NCBI RefSeq assembly: GCF_964204645.1
Contig: NC_134026.1
Span: forward strand, 29,112,150-29,176,149
From: Tubulanus polymorphus
Lineage: Eukaryota; Animalia; Nemertea
Length of the DNA stretch: 64,000 bases
Direction of reading: 5' to 3'
The position numbers and the translations under genes are program-made. The notes under the pieces were generated by a model. The model ran no database searches. It was not told the origin of the DNA and saw only the letters and a program-made list of their open reading frames with translations. This document shows, piece after piece, positions 51,746-64,000 of the stretch (positions are counted from its first letter, which is position 1; each line of letters starts with the position of its first letter).

Positions 51746-54700
51746 ATGGTGCGAACAAGGCATAGTGGGGACTTCAATAACGACGATTATGAAGAGCATG
51801 GGCAGTTCGTATCATTAAATCGAGTGAGACGAACAAAAGACGTCCCTGTTGTGAGTATTAGCAGAATTTTTATAGCAGAATTTGACAATGTCGACCGAGC
51901 GAGTGTCTCATATTGACATATAATTGTGACAATAGTCTGCTTATATACAAATAAATCATTAGTCAACACAATTAGGTTTGATTGAATTTCTATGTTTAGG
52001 ATTCTGAATCTGAATCAGATGATGAAGTAAAAGTGCGGCGATTTAAACCTCAACGTAAGGTGACGACGGCTTCAACTTCTAGAGGTCGATCTTTAAGCTC
52101 ATTCACCACAAGACGAGGAGATAGAGATGATATCAGTAGAGGGTACGTCTCAACTGAGAGGATGATTAGAAATTCTGACTGCAGCCAGATTTATGTTTAA
52201 TTATTGGCCTGAATTTTACTCTTTCCAACTTCATTTAATAGTTAAATGCATTTGTTTAAATTTGTAGGAATTCGCAATCAAGAAATGGTAATTATAATTT
52301 ATACATTACAATTAAACCGCAGGGACAGGGTGGTGCCACTTACCTGGAATCAGGGAAAACTTTCTATCTTTAATAAAGTTAGGTAATTTTGCATAAAAGT
52401 TAAAAATTAGGGTTAGCTCAGGGAAATTTGTAATTTGTTGAGATTGCTATTGAGCACGCGGGTAAAATCAAACAGTTTATGTCTTACGTAGTTGTCTGCG
52501 TTAATAGATTGGATTCTTAGCAGATCGAGTCCAGGAAAAAGAACGTACATGTCAGGGAATAGTTGGGGAAAACTTAAGTAGCCACCCTATAACTTTTTAC
52601 ATAGTCATTCTTATGACTTGATTTTGTAATTCAGTCGACGTCAGACGACGAAGGAACTCTCTCGATGTCATGAATGGTTATGATGAAGGAGAAGGAGACG
52701 TTAGACGAAGTTCTAGACATCGTAAACTCGTTTACGACACGTTTAATGAGAAGGATTTAGAGAACTGCATCCCGTTACATCAAGTAGAAAACGGTCCATC
52801 GATCAATAATGTAAATGATGATGAGGACGCTGAAGATGAGAATGAAACGTCTCCTGAGGTTCCAGATTTAGGTCGAAGTTTACGAAAACGTGCGAGAGAA
52901 GTTGAGCCTATAGATGAGGTAAGTGAGGTTTGAGGAGCTCCAACGGTGGTAATCGAGTTGTCCACTTATTATAGCAAGTGAGGATCTGCCAGGTTTCACT
53001 TGTTGTTACTCGGTTTGCCGGGTTCAAAAGGTACCAGCAGCACACACCAGATGGTGACAATGCACCGGCTATTCGTATTGGAAAATAGTTCAGATATTGA
53101 TAATGAACTTATTTCGAAAGATATTTATTTCACTCAGACCATAAGATAGAGGTAAAATTGAATAAAAAATATGAAATGTACAAAGTATAACAGAATTATA
53201 TTTACAAATATACACACAGACAAAGCAAAGCTTAAGATTTGTCTGTCCCAACTATTTACAGCCAAAGCTAATACAAAAATTTGGACCGAGTGCTTATCAC
53301 GCCATTTGGCGAGATAGTTGGTAATGCGCTTCCCCTTGGAAGTCTATTCCCACTGGGAAATTGACATCAATGTTGTTTATATTAGGATGGATTAGACATG
53401 TACACTAGAGTGAAGAGACCTCGTTATAAAATCAAACGTGACATGTACGGAATGCCTATCCATGGTGATGATGACAATGTTCAAAGAGTGATGAGAAGAA
53501 AATTATCGAGAGAACAAGAAGAGGAAAATGATGATGACGATGATAACGGAGAAGATGATGAGGATGAAGAAAATGATAATGATTTAGAAGGTTAGTTGTT
53601 TTATTTAGGTTGAGGTCACAATGGATAGTGCAATCCATTGAAGGAAGATTTATGATTGTTGTTTGAAATATGTTTTTTAAAGATGATGATGATGATGATG
53701 ATGAAGGAGATGATGATGATGATGATGATGAAGGTGAAGAGGATGAAGGACAAGATCACACCAATAGACGGAAGCAATATTTCCTCAGGGAACACAAACC
53801 TAAAACGCAACCATTCGTCGCAGCTCCGGGTAAACAAGAAATAGTGATTTTTCTTGAATTATGATTTTAAATCAGGTTTTTGTATTTATTTATGTTTGCT
53901 TACTGCATTATTTTCAGCAATTACAAAACGTCCAAAACCTCCGATGTTATCAACACACCGATCACCGGCACGAAGGACCCATGATTTCAATACTTCATAT
54001 CGATCTCCGGCGAGACAAACAAGGTTTGAAATTCGATATTTAACAACATCAGTTCATCATCTACATGGCCCCTACGGCTCCCCAATTCCTTAAAACTCCT
54101 TCAAAATGGGAAAATGCTTTTAAAAGTGCTTGAAACTCCTTTTACTTGAACGAAGTGCCCAATACGCCCTCAATTTTGAGAAATGGGCGAGTAAAAATGT
54201 TTGTAGTTGTACAGTAGACCCCCTCTAAATCGATACAGTTGGAACCTGGATTTCTTTCACCCGATTTGGTTGTTACCAAATTACAAACCAAGTTTAGTTC
54301 GCGTAAAGGATGAAAATTTGCTTTGCCCCTTGAAATTTTAAAACTCGTTATATTCAGGAATGACTGATCCGTTGGGACCCTGATCTAGAAATGTTGAATT
54401 ATTATCATTGTAGACGTCGAACTGCATTTCACGGTAGTAGTTCTACATCGAGTAGTAGTAGCAGCGATAGCAGCGAGGATGAAAGACGTTTTCAGCGACG
54501 GAAAGCTAAAAGTATGTCGAAATCTAGGAATCGTTGTTTGCCGATGAATTTGAATAAAGAGGATGTAAGCAGTGGAGTTTTACACGACCGATTGAAAGTA
54601 GGAGCTAGTTTAGCTGATGTTGATCCTATGAGTATTGATAGATCAGTAAGTTTACATCAGAAGTCTACTCATCGATTTGCTCTCCTATTTTGTTATATTG

Positions 54701-57700
54701 AGGAACGTGTTTCGATAAGTGCTGATTATTTTCAGGTGACATTTCAATCCGTTGGTGGTTTACGCAAACACATTCGAGCTCTCAAAGAAATGATCGTTTT
54801 TCCCTTGCTTTATCCGGAAGTTTTTGATCGTTTTAAAATCACACCACCGCGAGGAGTTTTATTTTATGGGCCTCCTGGTGAGTGAATGAAGCAACAGGGT
54901 CCCTACGACTCTTGATTCCTTAATCTTTCTGAACAGAAAATGGTTTTACAATGGTTTTAAGTTAAACAGACGTTCTACTAGGCCTAAATCGGTACAGTTA
55001 GGACCAGGATCTTTTTGTTACCCTATTAGGCAGTTACCAAATAAGAAACTGAGTTTTGTGTGACAAGGACAACAATTTGGCTTGCTAATAAAACCACTGG
55101 TTTACCGAGATAAACAGTACCGATTTAGGAAGGTTCTACCTTATTGGGATAAGCGATGTAAATGCTTACTAGAAAAATGAAATTTTCTCATTTTAAACTC
55201 CTTCTATTCAGGAATGACTGATCAATGAGACTTCGAACAATGATTCAATTTCCTTTGTATTGTTTGTTTTAGGAACTGGTAAAACTCTAGTAGCTCGAGC
55301 TTTAGCTAATGAATGCAGCACGGGTGAAAAAAGAGTCGCTTTCTTTATGCGTAAAGGTGCTGATTGTTTGAGTAAATGGGTCGGAGAATCTGAACGTCAA
55401 CTTAGATTGCTGTTTGATCAGGTAGATTCTTGAATCATTGACAACTAAAAATTTAAGAGATTATTCAAATGCCCTCAAATCTCAACATCTGCGGAATTGA
55501 ATTTTTGGAATATGTGTTTCTCTATTTGAAGGCGTATCAAGTTCGTCCGTCTATAATATTCTTCGATGAAATAGATGGTCTAGCACCGGTGCGTTCCAGT
55601 AGACAAGATCAGATACACAGTTCTATAGTGTCAACTTTATTAGCGTTAATGGATGGATTGGATAGTCGCGGTGAAATAGTCGTAATCGGTGCTACTAATC
55701 GTCTGGATTCAATCGATCCTGCTTTACGTCGACCCGGTCGATTCGATAGAGAATTCTTATTCGGTTTACCATCGGCTACAGTAAGTACCGGTACACTACC
55801 TCGGAGGAGCACTCTTACCTCGGAGGAGCACTCTTTCCCCGGAGGAGCACTCTTACCTACCTCGGAGGAGCACTCTTTCCCCGGAGGAGAACTCTTACCT
55901 CGGAGGAGCACTCCGAATTTTGCATTACCAGCATTTAATCATTTCGCTACAGGAATTTTCAATGTTATTTCAGATGATCAGAGATCACAGAGTTTTGATC
56001 TAATTTTATTGTATTTGTTTCAGGCGAGAGCTGATATATTACGTATTCACACTAATAAATGGGAACCGAAATTAGTCGACCCATTCATTCAAGAAGTTGC
56101 CAGACAGACTGTTGGTAAGTTTAATCTAGGACAATCTTTACTGCTATTTCTAGAAATTTCTTAGTTCGTAATTTGATGAAATGTTTTCCTGGTTTGTAGG
56201 ATATTGTGGTGCTGATATAAAAGCTCTTTGTACCGAGGCAGCATTGTGCGCTTTGAGACGTCGTTATCCGCAAATATATACCTCATCAGACAAACTACAA
56301 CTAGACGTCTCTTCCATCCAGATCTCGGCGTCAGATTTTCAATACGGGATGCAATCTATAGTTCCTACGGCACAACGTTCTGTAGCTTCCCCAGGTCGCT
56401 CATTATCACCAGCGTTACAAACACTTTTACATAGGTCACTCCTCAAAACACTGAAAGTATTACAAAAGATTTTCCCTGCAGCGTTGGCCCAACTTTCCAG
56501 TCTTATAATGGAAAAAGGTAAGCAGTGTTCGTGGTAATGGTTGAGTTTATAGCAGTCCCAGCAAGTCGTGGACTTGAAAATGTCACAAATCGCAAGCCAG
56601 AGAAAGTCATAGTTAAGTTAAATGACTTGAAAAAGTCATGGAATTTAGTTTCCTAAGTTGTGTCAATCATCACTTCAAACGATGAACCAATTACAAACAG
56701 CGTAGGCTTATGTTCTCTTTGCATCCATTGAAATGGTTTATTTATTCAGCTATAACGGGTGAAGATGATAGCGTTTTATCGATGGATGAATTCTACAGCG
56801 ATGAAGATGAAGATGAACCAGCAATTACTGAAAACCCCAAAAACGATCTACCTCATAAAAACTTCATGTCTCATTTCGGGTAATTATTGTAGAAATATCA
56901 CGGTGAAATAGTCGATAATTTGGTTTTACCGTAAATTAGTTTCAGTCGGAATTTTGTGTTCTGTTTTACAGACGTTCTTATAAACAACCAATAACTCATC
57001 GACCTCGTCTACTGATCACCGGTACCGACGGTCAAGGTCACACATCTCATCTAGCTCCTGCTATTCTGCATCAATTAGAGAAGCTACCGGTACATGTTTT
57101 AGATCTTCCAGCATTGTACGCAGTGGCTGCCAAGACACCAGAAGAATCTGTTGCTCAGGTCAGTCATCATCGGTCTGACATTGTTTCCACTTTGTATATA
57201 TATATATATATTTGATGACATTTTATTTAAAATCATATTTGTAAATTTGTAGATTTTTTTGGAGGCTAAACGCACAAGTCCATGCATAATGTACATTCCT
57301 CATATATGTCAATGGTGGGATGTAGTATCGGATACTCTCAGGGCAACGTTCTTATGTTTATTACGCAGTTTACAACCAACTACACCTCTACTGTTACTAG
57401 CTACTAGTAATGAACCTCATGAAACTATGGATGAAATGGTTAGTTAGTCTTATGATATATTATTTTGCGCTTAGTGCGTTCTACCATTTTCCAGTGCTAT
57501 CATATTCTAGGAATTTCATTTTTGGCATATTTCAGGCCTTATATATTTTCAGAGCTAGCATTTTCAGCATTATATTCTACTGTTCATATCGATTCGACAT
57601 GATACCGGTATATACGATTTTTAACTGCTATAATTCTAGTTAAAATCTCTGTTCTGTCCATTGGGAAAAGAAGTAGTGGTAATGGACAACCCGTATGATG

Positions 57701-60700
57701 AAGAAAGAAAAGCGTTCTTTGAGCAAGTTCTCATCTACGAAGCATCAAAAGCACCGAGTCAGAAGAAGCAAGCTGGTAAAATCCTCTACTCTCTTCTATA
57801 TCTATGTGTTTAGTTTAAGGCGGTTTTGTGTGAGTTAATTTTCAGAATTTTTGCTTTAGATCGAAGTAAAAAATCTCGTAGATGTGAGTATGTCTGTTGA
57901 CACTGACTGACACAAACTTTAGATTAACTTTTATATTTCTGTTTGGATTTCCTTCGATAATGATGGCCGGGTTTTGACTACTGTTGACATATTTAATCTG
58001 ACTCTTGTTCTTGTTTGTTACCAGTATTGAAATGTTTTATCATAATTTGTAGATAATCCGTCAATTCGGCCTCGGAGAAATCAATCTCCATGTTTGACCC
58101 TTCATTATATTTTAGCGGAAAGGCAGTTAGAAGAATTACCGATAGCGCCACCTATGCCTCCTCGTCAGCTAACTGATATTGAGAAGAAACGACTGTTCGA
58201 ACAGGAAGAGAAAAACATGAGGGAACTTCGACTGTTTCTGAGAGATGTGATCAATAAACTCTCACGAGATCGCAAGTTCTCTATCTTTGCGAAACCAGTC
58301 GATATCGATGAGGTAAACGCAGTACTATTAGAACCTTAGATTCTTTTTATTCTGGATTCATACTTCTACTTGATTCCTTGAAAATTCTGGATTCATGCGC
58401 ATTTTCTAGTGATTTCTTGTTGGAACTTTGATGTAAACTGCTTCAAATTTTGGTGTATTCTCCTTGACTGCTCCTGAGGAGCATCCTCCCCCGGCAGGGA
58501 TCCGAACCTGATGGCATCGAGATTGCCATCAGGTTCGAGTCCCTGCAGAGGGAGGATGCTCAGGAGCAAAGTCGTCAAGTTCTGAAATGGCCAAATTGTA
58601 CGATTCAAGTTGGTGAATTATATTAATTTCTGCATGATTTTCTGTTTGTATAGGTGACAGATTACTACGAAATTATCAAGAATCCGATGGATTTAAGCAC
58701 AATGATGTCAAAAATCGATTTACACTGTTACGAAACTGTGAAGGATTTCACTAATGATATTGATCTGATCTGTAGCAATGCATTGGAATATAACCCAGAT
58801 AGAGCGCCAGCTGGTATGTGTTATCTACTGTACTCTATTCGATGTTTATTTCGTTTATTTATTTCAATCATGTTATCTTCAGATAAAGCTATCCGTCACC
58901 GAGCTTGCGCTCTCAGAGACACTACATTCGCCATTTTAACTGCTGAATTAAACGAAGAATTCGAAAAGGAATGCGAACAGATCAAAGCATCAAGACAGAA
59001 ACGAGGTATGTTAGTGATTGTACAGATAGTTTAGGGAGTTACTGTATATGATATTTAATCCTCCGATGAAAATCTGTTCATTCAAACACATCAATGTTAA
59101 TTCTTTAATATTGTGACTTAGATTTTCCAACAAAAAAATTACTAACTTAAGATTTCGCGCCAGTTACATCATGCACAGCATTTCGAGTAAAACTGAAAAT
59201 GGTATTTGTTATTTATAGGTGCGCAAGTTCAGAAGAATATTCCATCGTTTTACCATGTAAAACCTGTTGATGCTCAGCAACAGCGTTTCAGTCACAGAAT
59301 ACGAGGAATTGCAGCATGTGAGGAACCTACCGAAAACCTCGACGCATCATCAAAAGACAATGCTGCTGCTACTAGAAATTCCGAGAAAGAATCACAAACC
59401 CCTCAACGGTCATCGGCTAGTCGGAAAGCCGATGAAAAAGCAGTGAGCGATGCTCGTAATCGAAGCGCTACTAAAGTACGCAAAGCTAACTGTATTTACA
59501 GAACTCGTAGAGAAATGTTAGAATATGTGAAAAAGAGGAATAAACTGTCACCGTGGTGTAGATCGCGATCAGGCAGGAATCGCAGGAAAGTGATCATTAT
59601 ATCAGAAAGTGAATCGGAAGCAGAAGAAAAAGATGACGGGGAAAAAGGAAATGAAGAGAAGCAAAATGGTGAAGAAAATGATGATGCGGAGGAGGAAAGA
59701 GGGTTGGAGAAGTTGGTTAGTGGAAGCGAAAATGATAAAGATGAAGATGAAACTCGATGTAGATCTAGTTCACCGCGCGTTCATATTCCTGTTTCAAATC
59801 ATAATGAGTTATCGAACATCGAGAAAACTTTGGATAAACTCGAAGAGTTATCGCCGTCTTCAGCTACAATAGTGGAGCGTGATCACCCGTACAATGTGAG
59901 CCCTCAGTCTAAATCTAAAGTCACTAGTCCCGTGCCTCAGCCACCAGTATTAATTAATGAGGATTCGAACAAAGAAAATGATCCCGATCATACAGAGGAA
60001 ACTGTCCAGGTAATTATTGATCATCATCGTAGTCGAAATCTAGAAAAAATCGGGGAATTTTACCAAAGACCTGAGAAACTTAGAAAATTCAGTTAATGCT
60101 ATCTATCAACCACGTATATCAATGTGATTCACTGAAAAAAGAATGAATTTTAACTTTTTGAACCTTGAAATTTGTAAATGGGCAGAAAGTTGCCACCCTA
60201 TGACTAGCTCTTTATATCTGCTTATTATATTACATATTTATTTACTTTGTTAGACGGAAGGTTTAATGGAAACTGAAGTTTCAAATATTACCAACAAAGG
60301 ACCTGCTGAATTTGAGGAAAAAGATAGTGAAGGTATGTTTAATATGAATCCGCTTTAATGAAACAGTTTTTGGAAGGCGATCGATCTCGATATGGTGATT
60401 TATTGCAGAAACTCTAACATTCCGTTTGACGCGGGCGCGCAAGAATTCTGGTCCAAATACGGCGAGAGCACGGCAGATACTGGAGAATCCAGTCCCTTCG
60501 TTAATAGTTGATAAAGATGAACTCAGGAATTTATTACAATCAACCGTAGAACGCACACGAGGATATAACGTGGAGAAACTTGAAAGACTGCATTGTATGT
60601 TTAGTCAATGCATTTTTGAACATAGACGAAATTATGACAAATCTGCTCTAATAAATGTAAGTTCGTAGAAAACTTCTCAAATACGGATTGTTTGACAGTT

Positions 60701-60781
60701 GTTAGTACAGTAATCGTATTTGTTTGATATTTGTAGGATTTAAAACAAACACTGCTGAATTTTACATCACAGCATCAATGA
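51746..60781 (+). CDS. ATAD2: ATPase family AAA domain-containing protein 2 (AAA+ ATPase and bromodomain)
   Basis: MVRTR start; acidic tract; [12 protein letters not shown]; [27 protein letters not shown]|[14 protein letters not shown]; [28 protein letters not shown]; [22 protein letters not shown]; bromodomain [15 protein letters not shown]...NALEYNPD; stop TGA 60779-60781. Confidence 0.95.
55797..55913 (+). repeat. Short intronic tandem repeat (cggaggagcactct core, about 20-24-bp units) in ATAD2
   Basis: Six copies of cggagga(g/a)(c/a)actc immediately after the donor at about 55781. Confidence 0.85.
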
Positions 60782-61914
60782 CAGAGACACTTAATAGTAA
60801 TTGATAATGGACCAACATGAAACTAGATACTGCAGGGATCCACATTGCCAACCAGTGGAGTTTTCTATAATGATTGTTGCGGCTGCCTTTTCAGTCAACT
60901 ATATGTATACTGTTTCCAGCATGTTCTCACTGTATGACTAACACAGAACTCTGGTGTGTAAGAACTAATCGAATCTAGTATAAAACGTACCAACAATGCT
61001 TGTCACCATTCAGTGCTTTTTCTACCGAGGTCAGTATTGATGTTGTTTGGAATATAGCGCGTAGATTACTTGATCGTGGTTGTATTGTGATTATTCATCA
61101 TTTAATGATTGTACAAATTTACCTATTTATATATTTTGGAGATTTATGTTTTACTTTTTGTATTAATCTGGTGAATGATATGTGTGCGCGTGTGTTTCTG
61201 ATCTCTCCGATTCTCCCTAGGGCTTCATTTATATGTAATATTAGTTCATTACGCGTAATTTATATGAGTGGATATGTGCAGTACAACTTGCTCTATTCCG
61301 ATCATTTCGGATGGACGATGAAATTAACCTGGTTCATCGGAAATATCGATTAAACATCATAATTTTATCAAAATGTATATATATATAAATGGACGGTAAT
61401 TAATCCAGATTCGAACTGATCGAATTAAGCGGGTTTGACTGAACTGAAACATTATATTTTGAATATCGTATAAGATTGTCGATGAAGACATTGTAGGTTT
61501 ATACTGGGTTAGTAGTATTGCGTCGAACTGTTATTGTAAAGTTGAATGTAATTTATACAAGTGAATAGTGGTTAAAAACTATGTCGATGATCTTTCAGTC
61601 TCTCTTTATTTGCTCAAGTCTTGTTGTTACTTGTACGTATATGCAAATGATGAAGTTGTTAATGTTTTCGCTCGGCGCGTAAAGTTCGGAAAAATATCAC
61701 TCAGGCTTCATATGTAATTTCCGGAAGTAGCAATAAGGTACATACGGTGAATGTAGAATAATAACTTTTTACAAGTATTGTTATTGCGCTTAAAAGCAAA
61801 ACTAAGAACGAGTGTATGTTACTATTGAGGTAAATAGCAGATAGCCGTTATTTGAAGATAGTTATCTGAAATAAACTAAATTATTATTAAAATGCAGAAT
61901 ATAAAATCCCCTTA

Positions 61915-62355
61915 GGGAGCGTTCACAAATTACGTACCTCAAAATCTCCCGTTTTTCTGACCCCCCTTGTACCACCTTTGTACCAAATTCACTGACCCCC
62001 CTCTTAGGTACGTACCATCGCACCCATGACCACCCCCCCCCCCAAATTATATTGATGCAAAGAACACAAATCCAAAAAAATATAAATACCTGATTTCATT
62101 AATGATGTAACAAAAGAATTAAGCAAGTATTGTTGTTTATTGATTTTATATACCGGGTACTAAAAGCCGATAAAACACCAACGGCTATTTTCATTTGAGT
62201 TTGGTACATAAAGTACGTACCAAGATTGATTAATACCCCCCTCCCTCAAAGTACGTACCTTTTTTGCTGACCCCCTCCCCCCATGTACCACTTTGTACCA
62301 AAATTCAGTAACCCCCCCTCCCCCCGATGGAGGTACGTAATTTATGAACGCTCCC
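61915..62355. mobile_element. PIF/Harbinger (Tourist-like) MITE
   Basis: TIRs GGGAGCGTTCACAAATTACGTACC ... GGTACGTAATTTATGAACGCTCCC; TTA target-site duplication at 61912-61914 and 62356-62358. Confidence 0.85.
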
Positions 62356-63444
62356 TTATCAGATTCTGGTTGTACGTACCAGCTCTCATCAATAGAGCTA
62401 TATTTTTGCACTAAAGAGGCTGTACAGCTGAACCAATGCTGTGTGTCGATACTGATTGAGTAAATGCAGTTATATTCGAATTTTTTCTTGTATATAAGCA
62501 ATTAAATATTGACATTTTCTTGTAAATAAAAGAATTAATAATTTGATATGGTGTGTTATGATTGTGTCTGTATTTGGGAGAAGAGCTGCGCTTATGTCCA
62601 TTGAATGAACTCCAATATCCATTGAAACTATATCCATGAATCCTGAACAATTCCAAAAGCAGTAAACCAGTGATGAAAAAAAAAACAAATTGTTTTCTTT
62701 AATTTTGATACTGGATTAAACGGTACGTCATGTCAATTTAGGAAAGTCCATATTAGAATTTCGTTTCTTGTTCCAATTTACTCTAATCCCATTTTTGATT
62801 TTGGTCAAAGAGTAAGGCGGTATCAAATCATGCGTACAGGGTCGACAGTCTGTCCATGAGGATACTAGTTGTGATAAGTCAGACAAGTCATGATTAGGTA
62901 TTAAAGCAATTCACTAAGTGAAAAACTGCCACCTGCCACTTTTTTCCGCATTAAGCGTTAAATTTTGCTTAAGCCTACAAAAGTCATGTCATCGTTGATG
63001 CCGGTCCTCTGATAGAAGAAAAATAAACTCAAAAGAAAAACCATTCAGTAAATGATAATAATAATTAGATAATTACTCCAAACCTAAGATGAGATATTCG
63101 AATTATTTAGCAAAAGTAGTTTAAAGTGTATTTCCTTGACGAATGAAAATGAAGATGTTTTAATTTCAAAATGTCTGACTTTAACGCCCCCTGTAGGCCA
63201 AAAAACGAAAAAATTGTAAAAGGCATCCACCACACATGATAGGCCACATACTCTGCTATCAAATGAGCCATGATGCCAAGCTGTAACAAAAAATGCCGTG
63301 ATCGTCGAATTTTCCATGATTGGCTGGCTGACTAAATATTGAGTTTATTAATCACAATGCAATAAAAGTGGTAATCTTCAATTTGCCTCGTGCAAATTCA
63401 TACGCTCGCTGTTGTAATGTGGTCACATTTCTCTGGTGAAATTA

Positions 63445-63539
63445 ATCCCTTAAGTTCCTAATCTTTGTTCCTTGGTGAAATAATGTACGTTCGATATTGA
63501 CCCTCGCCATCAATGACTCTCGCCTTTCTTTCCTGCCAC
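63445..63539 (-). CDS. Probable terminal coding exon of an unidentified gene entering from the right edge
   Basis: Polypyrimidine tract plus TTTCAG acceptor at 63541-63540; open frames GRKERRESLMARVNIERTLFHQGTKIRNLRD* or WQERKARVIDGEGQYRTYIISPRNKD*; frame and identity unresolved. Confidence 0.35.
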
Positions 63540-63770
63540 CTGAAATAATAAAAAGAAAGTATTTCTTAGTGGTTTAATTATTGATGTCGAAAAGTCTGTA
63601 AAACATTCTTTGAATTTAGTAAATTATACAGCGGAACCTCGTTGCAACGAACTTCAGGGCACCAGAAAATCTGTTAGTTATAATTCGTTATATCAAGTAT
63701 GGAAATCATTGATATTGTCTTATCTGCAATGAAAGTCTAGTTTTGTAATAACTGATAAATTCAACATTTA

Positions 63771-63943
63771 CCGTACGTTGCTGCCTCTATGCTCATCGTT
63801 AGCGGGATTTTTATACACTAACGTTAGTCAACTCTGGCAAGTTAAGGTCACGGAGTCTGGACAGCACGTCGATTGCCAGAGTTGACTTTAGTTAGTGTAT
63901 GAAAATCCCGCTAACGATGAGCATAGAGGCAGCACTGTACGGT
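63771..63943. mobile_element. Fold-back (hairpin) MITE-like element with about 70-bp arms
   Basis: accgtac..tgctgcctctatgctcatcgttagcgggattt..gtcaactctggcaa / ttgccagagttgac..aaatcccgctaacgatgagcatagaggcagca..gtacggt. Confidence 0.75.
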
Positions 63944-64000
63944 CGGGACACCCCTGTACATCCTTTATTAAGCATCAGGACAACTCTGAATCAGTATCAG

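Noticed and set aside
52407-52417. TTAGGGTTAGC as a telomerase RNA template or interstitial telomere
   Set aside because: Single short match inside a MITE-like intronic repeat of ATAD2, with no supporting structure.
53656-53844. Poly-Met ORF
   Set aside because: Alternative frame of the (GAT)n poly-Asp tract in an ATAD2 exon.

Overview
AT-rich, intron-rich eukaryotic (invertebrate, probably lophotrochozoan-like; inference) genomic window. Left to right it carries seven recognisable spliced genes plus ATAD2: selenoprotein P (-, runs off the left edge), SVOP (-), a PGC-1/PPRC1-family coactivator (+), TEX261 (+), TXNDC12/ERp18 (-), paxillin (+), TMEM38/TRIC (-), ATAD2 (+), and a probable last exon of an unidentified gene (-). 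Main highlight: the 33-bp tandem repeat at 1-942 is the in-frame tail of selenoprotein P, reading (Q-S-U-Q-U-Q-S-G-G-S-L/P)n. By my hand count the CDS has 62 in-frame UGA codons inside the window, no UAA/UAG, and the repeat continues past the edge. Second highlight: a very young 6.6-kb LTR retroelement in TMEM38 intron 3 (754-bp LTRs that look identical by eye, CTGT TSD, tRNA-Phe PBS). It encodes only Gag and a -1-frameshifted Gag-protease (G_GGA_AAU plus an H-type pseudoknot, PEG10-like) and has no intact RT, RNase H or integrase. Third: TMEM38 has two duplicated alternative first coding exons. Exon coordinates were read by hand and may be off by a few bases.
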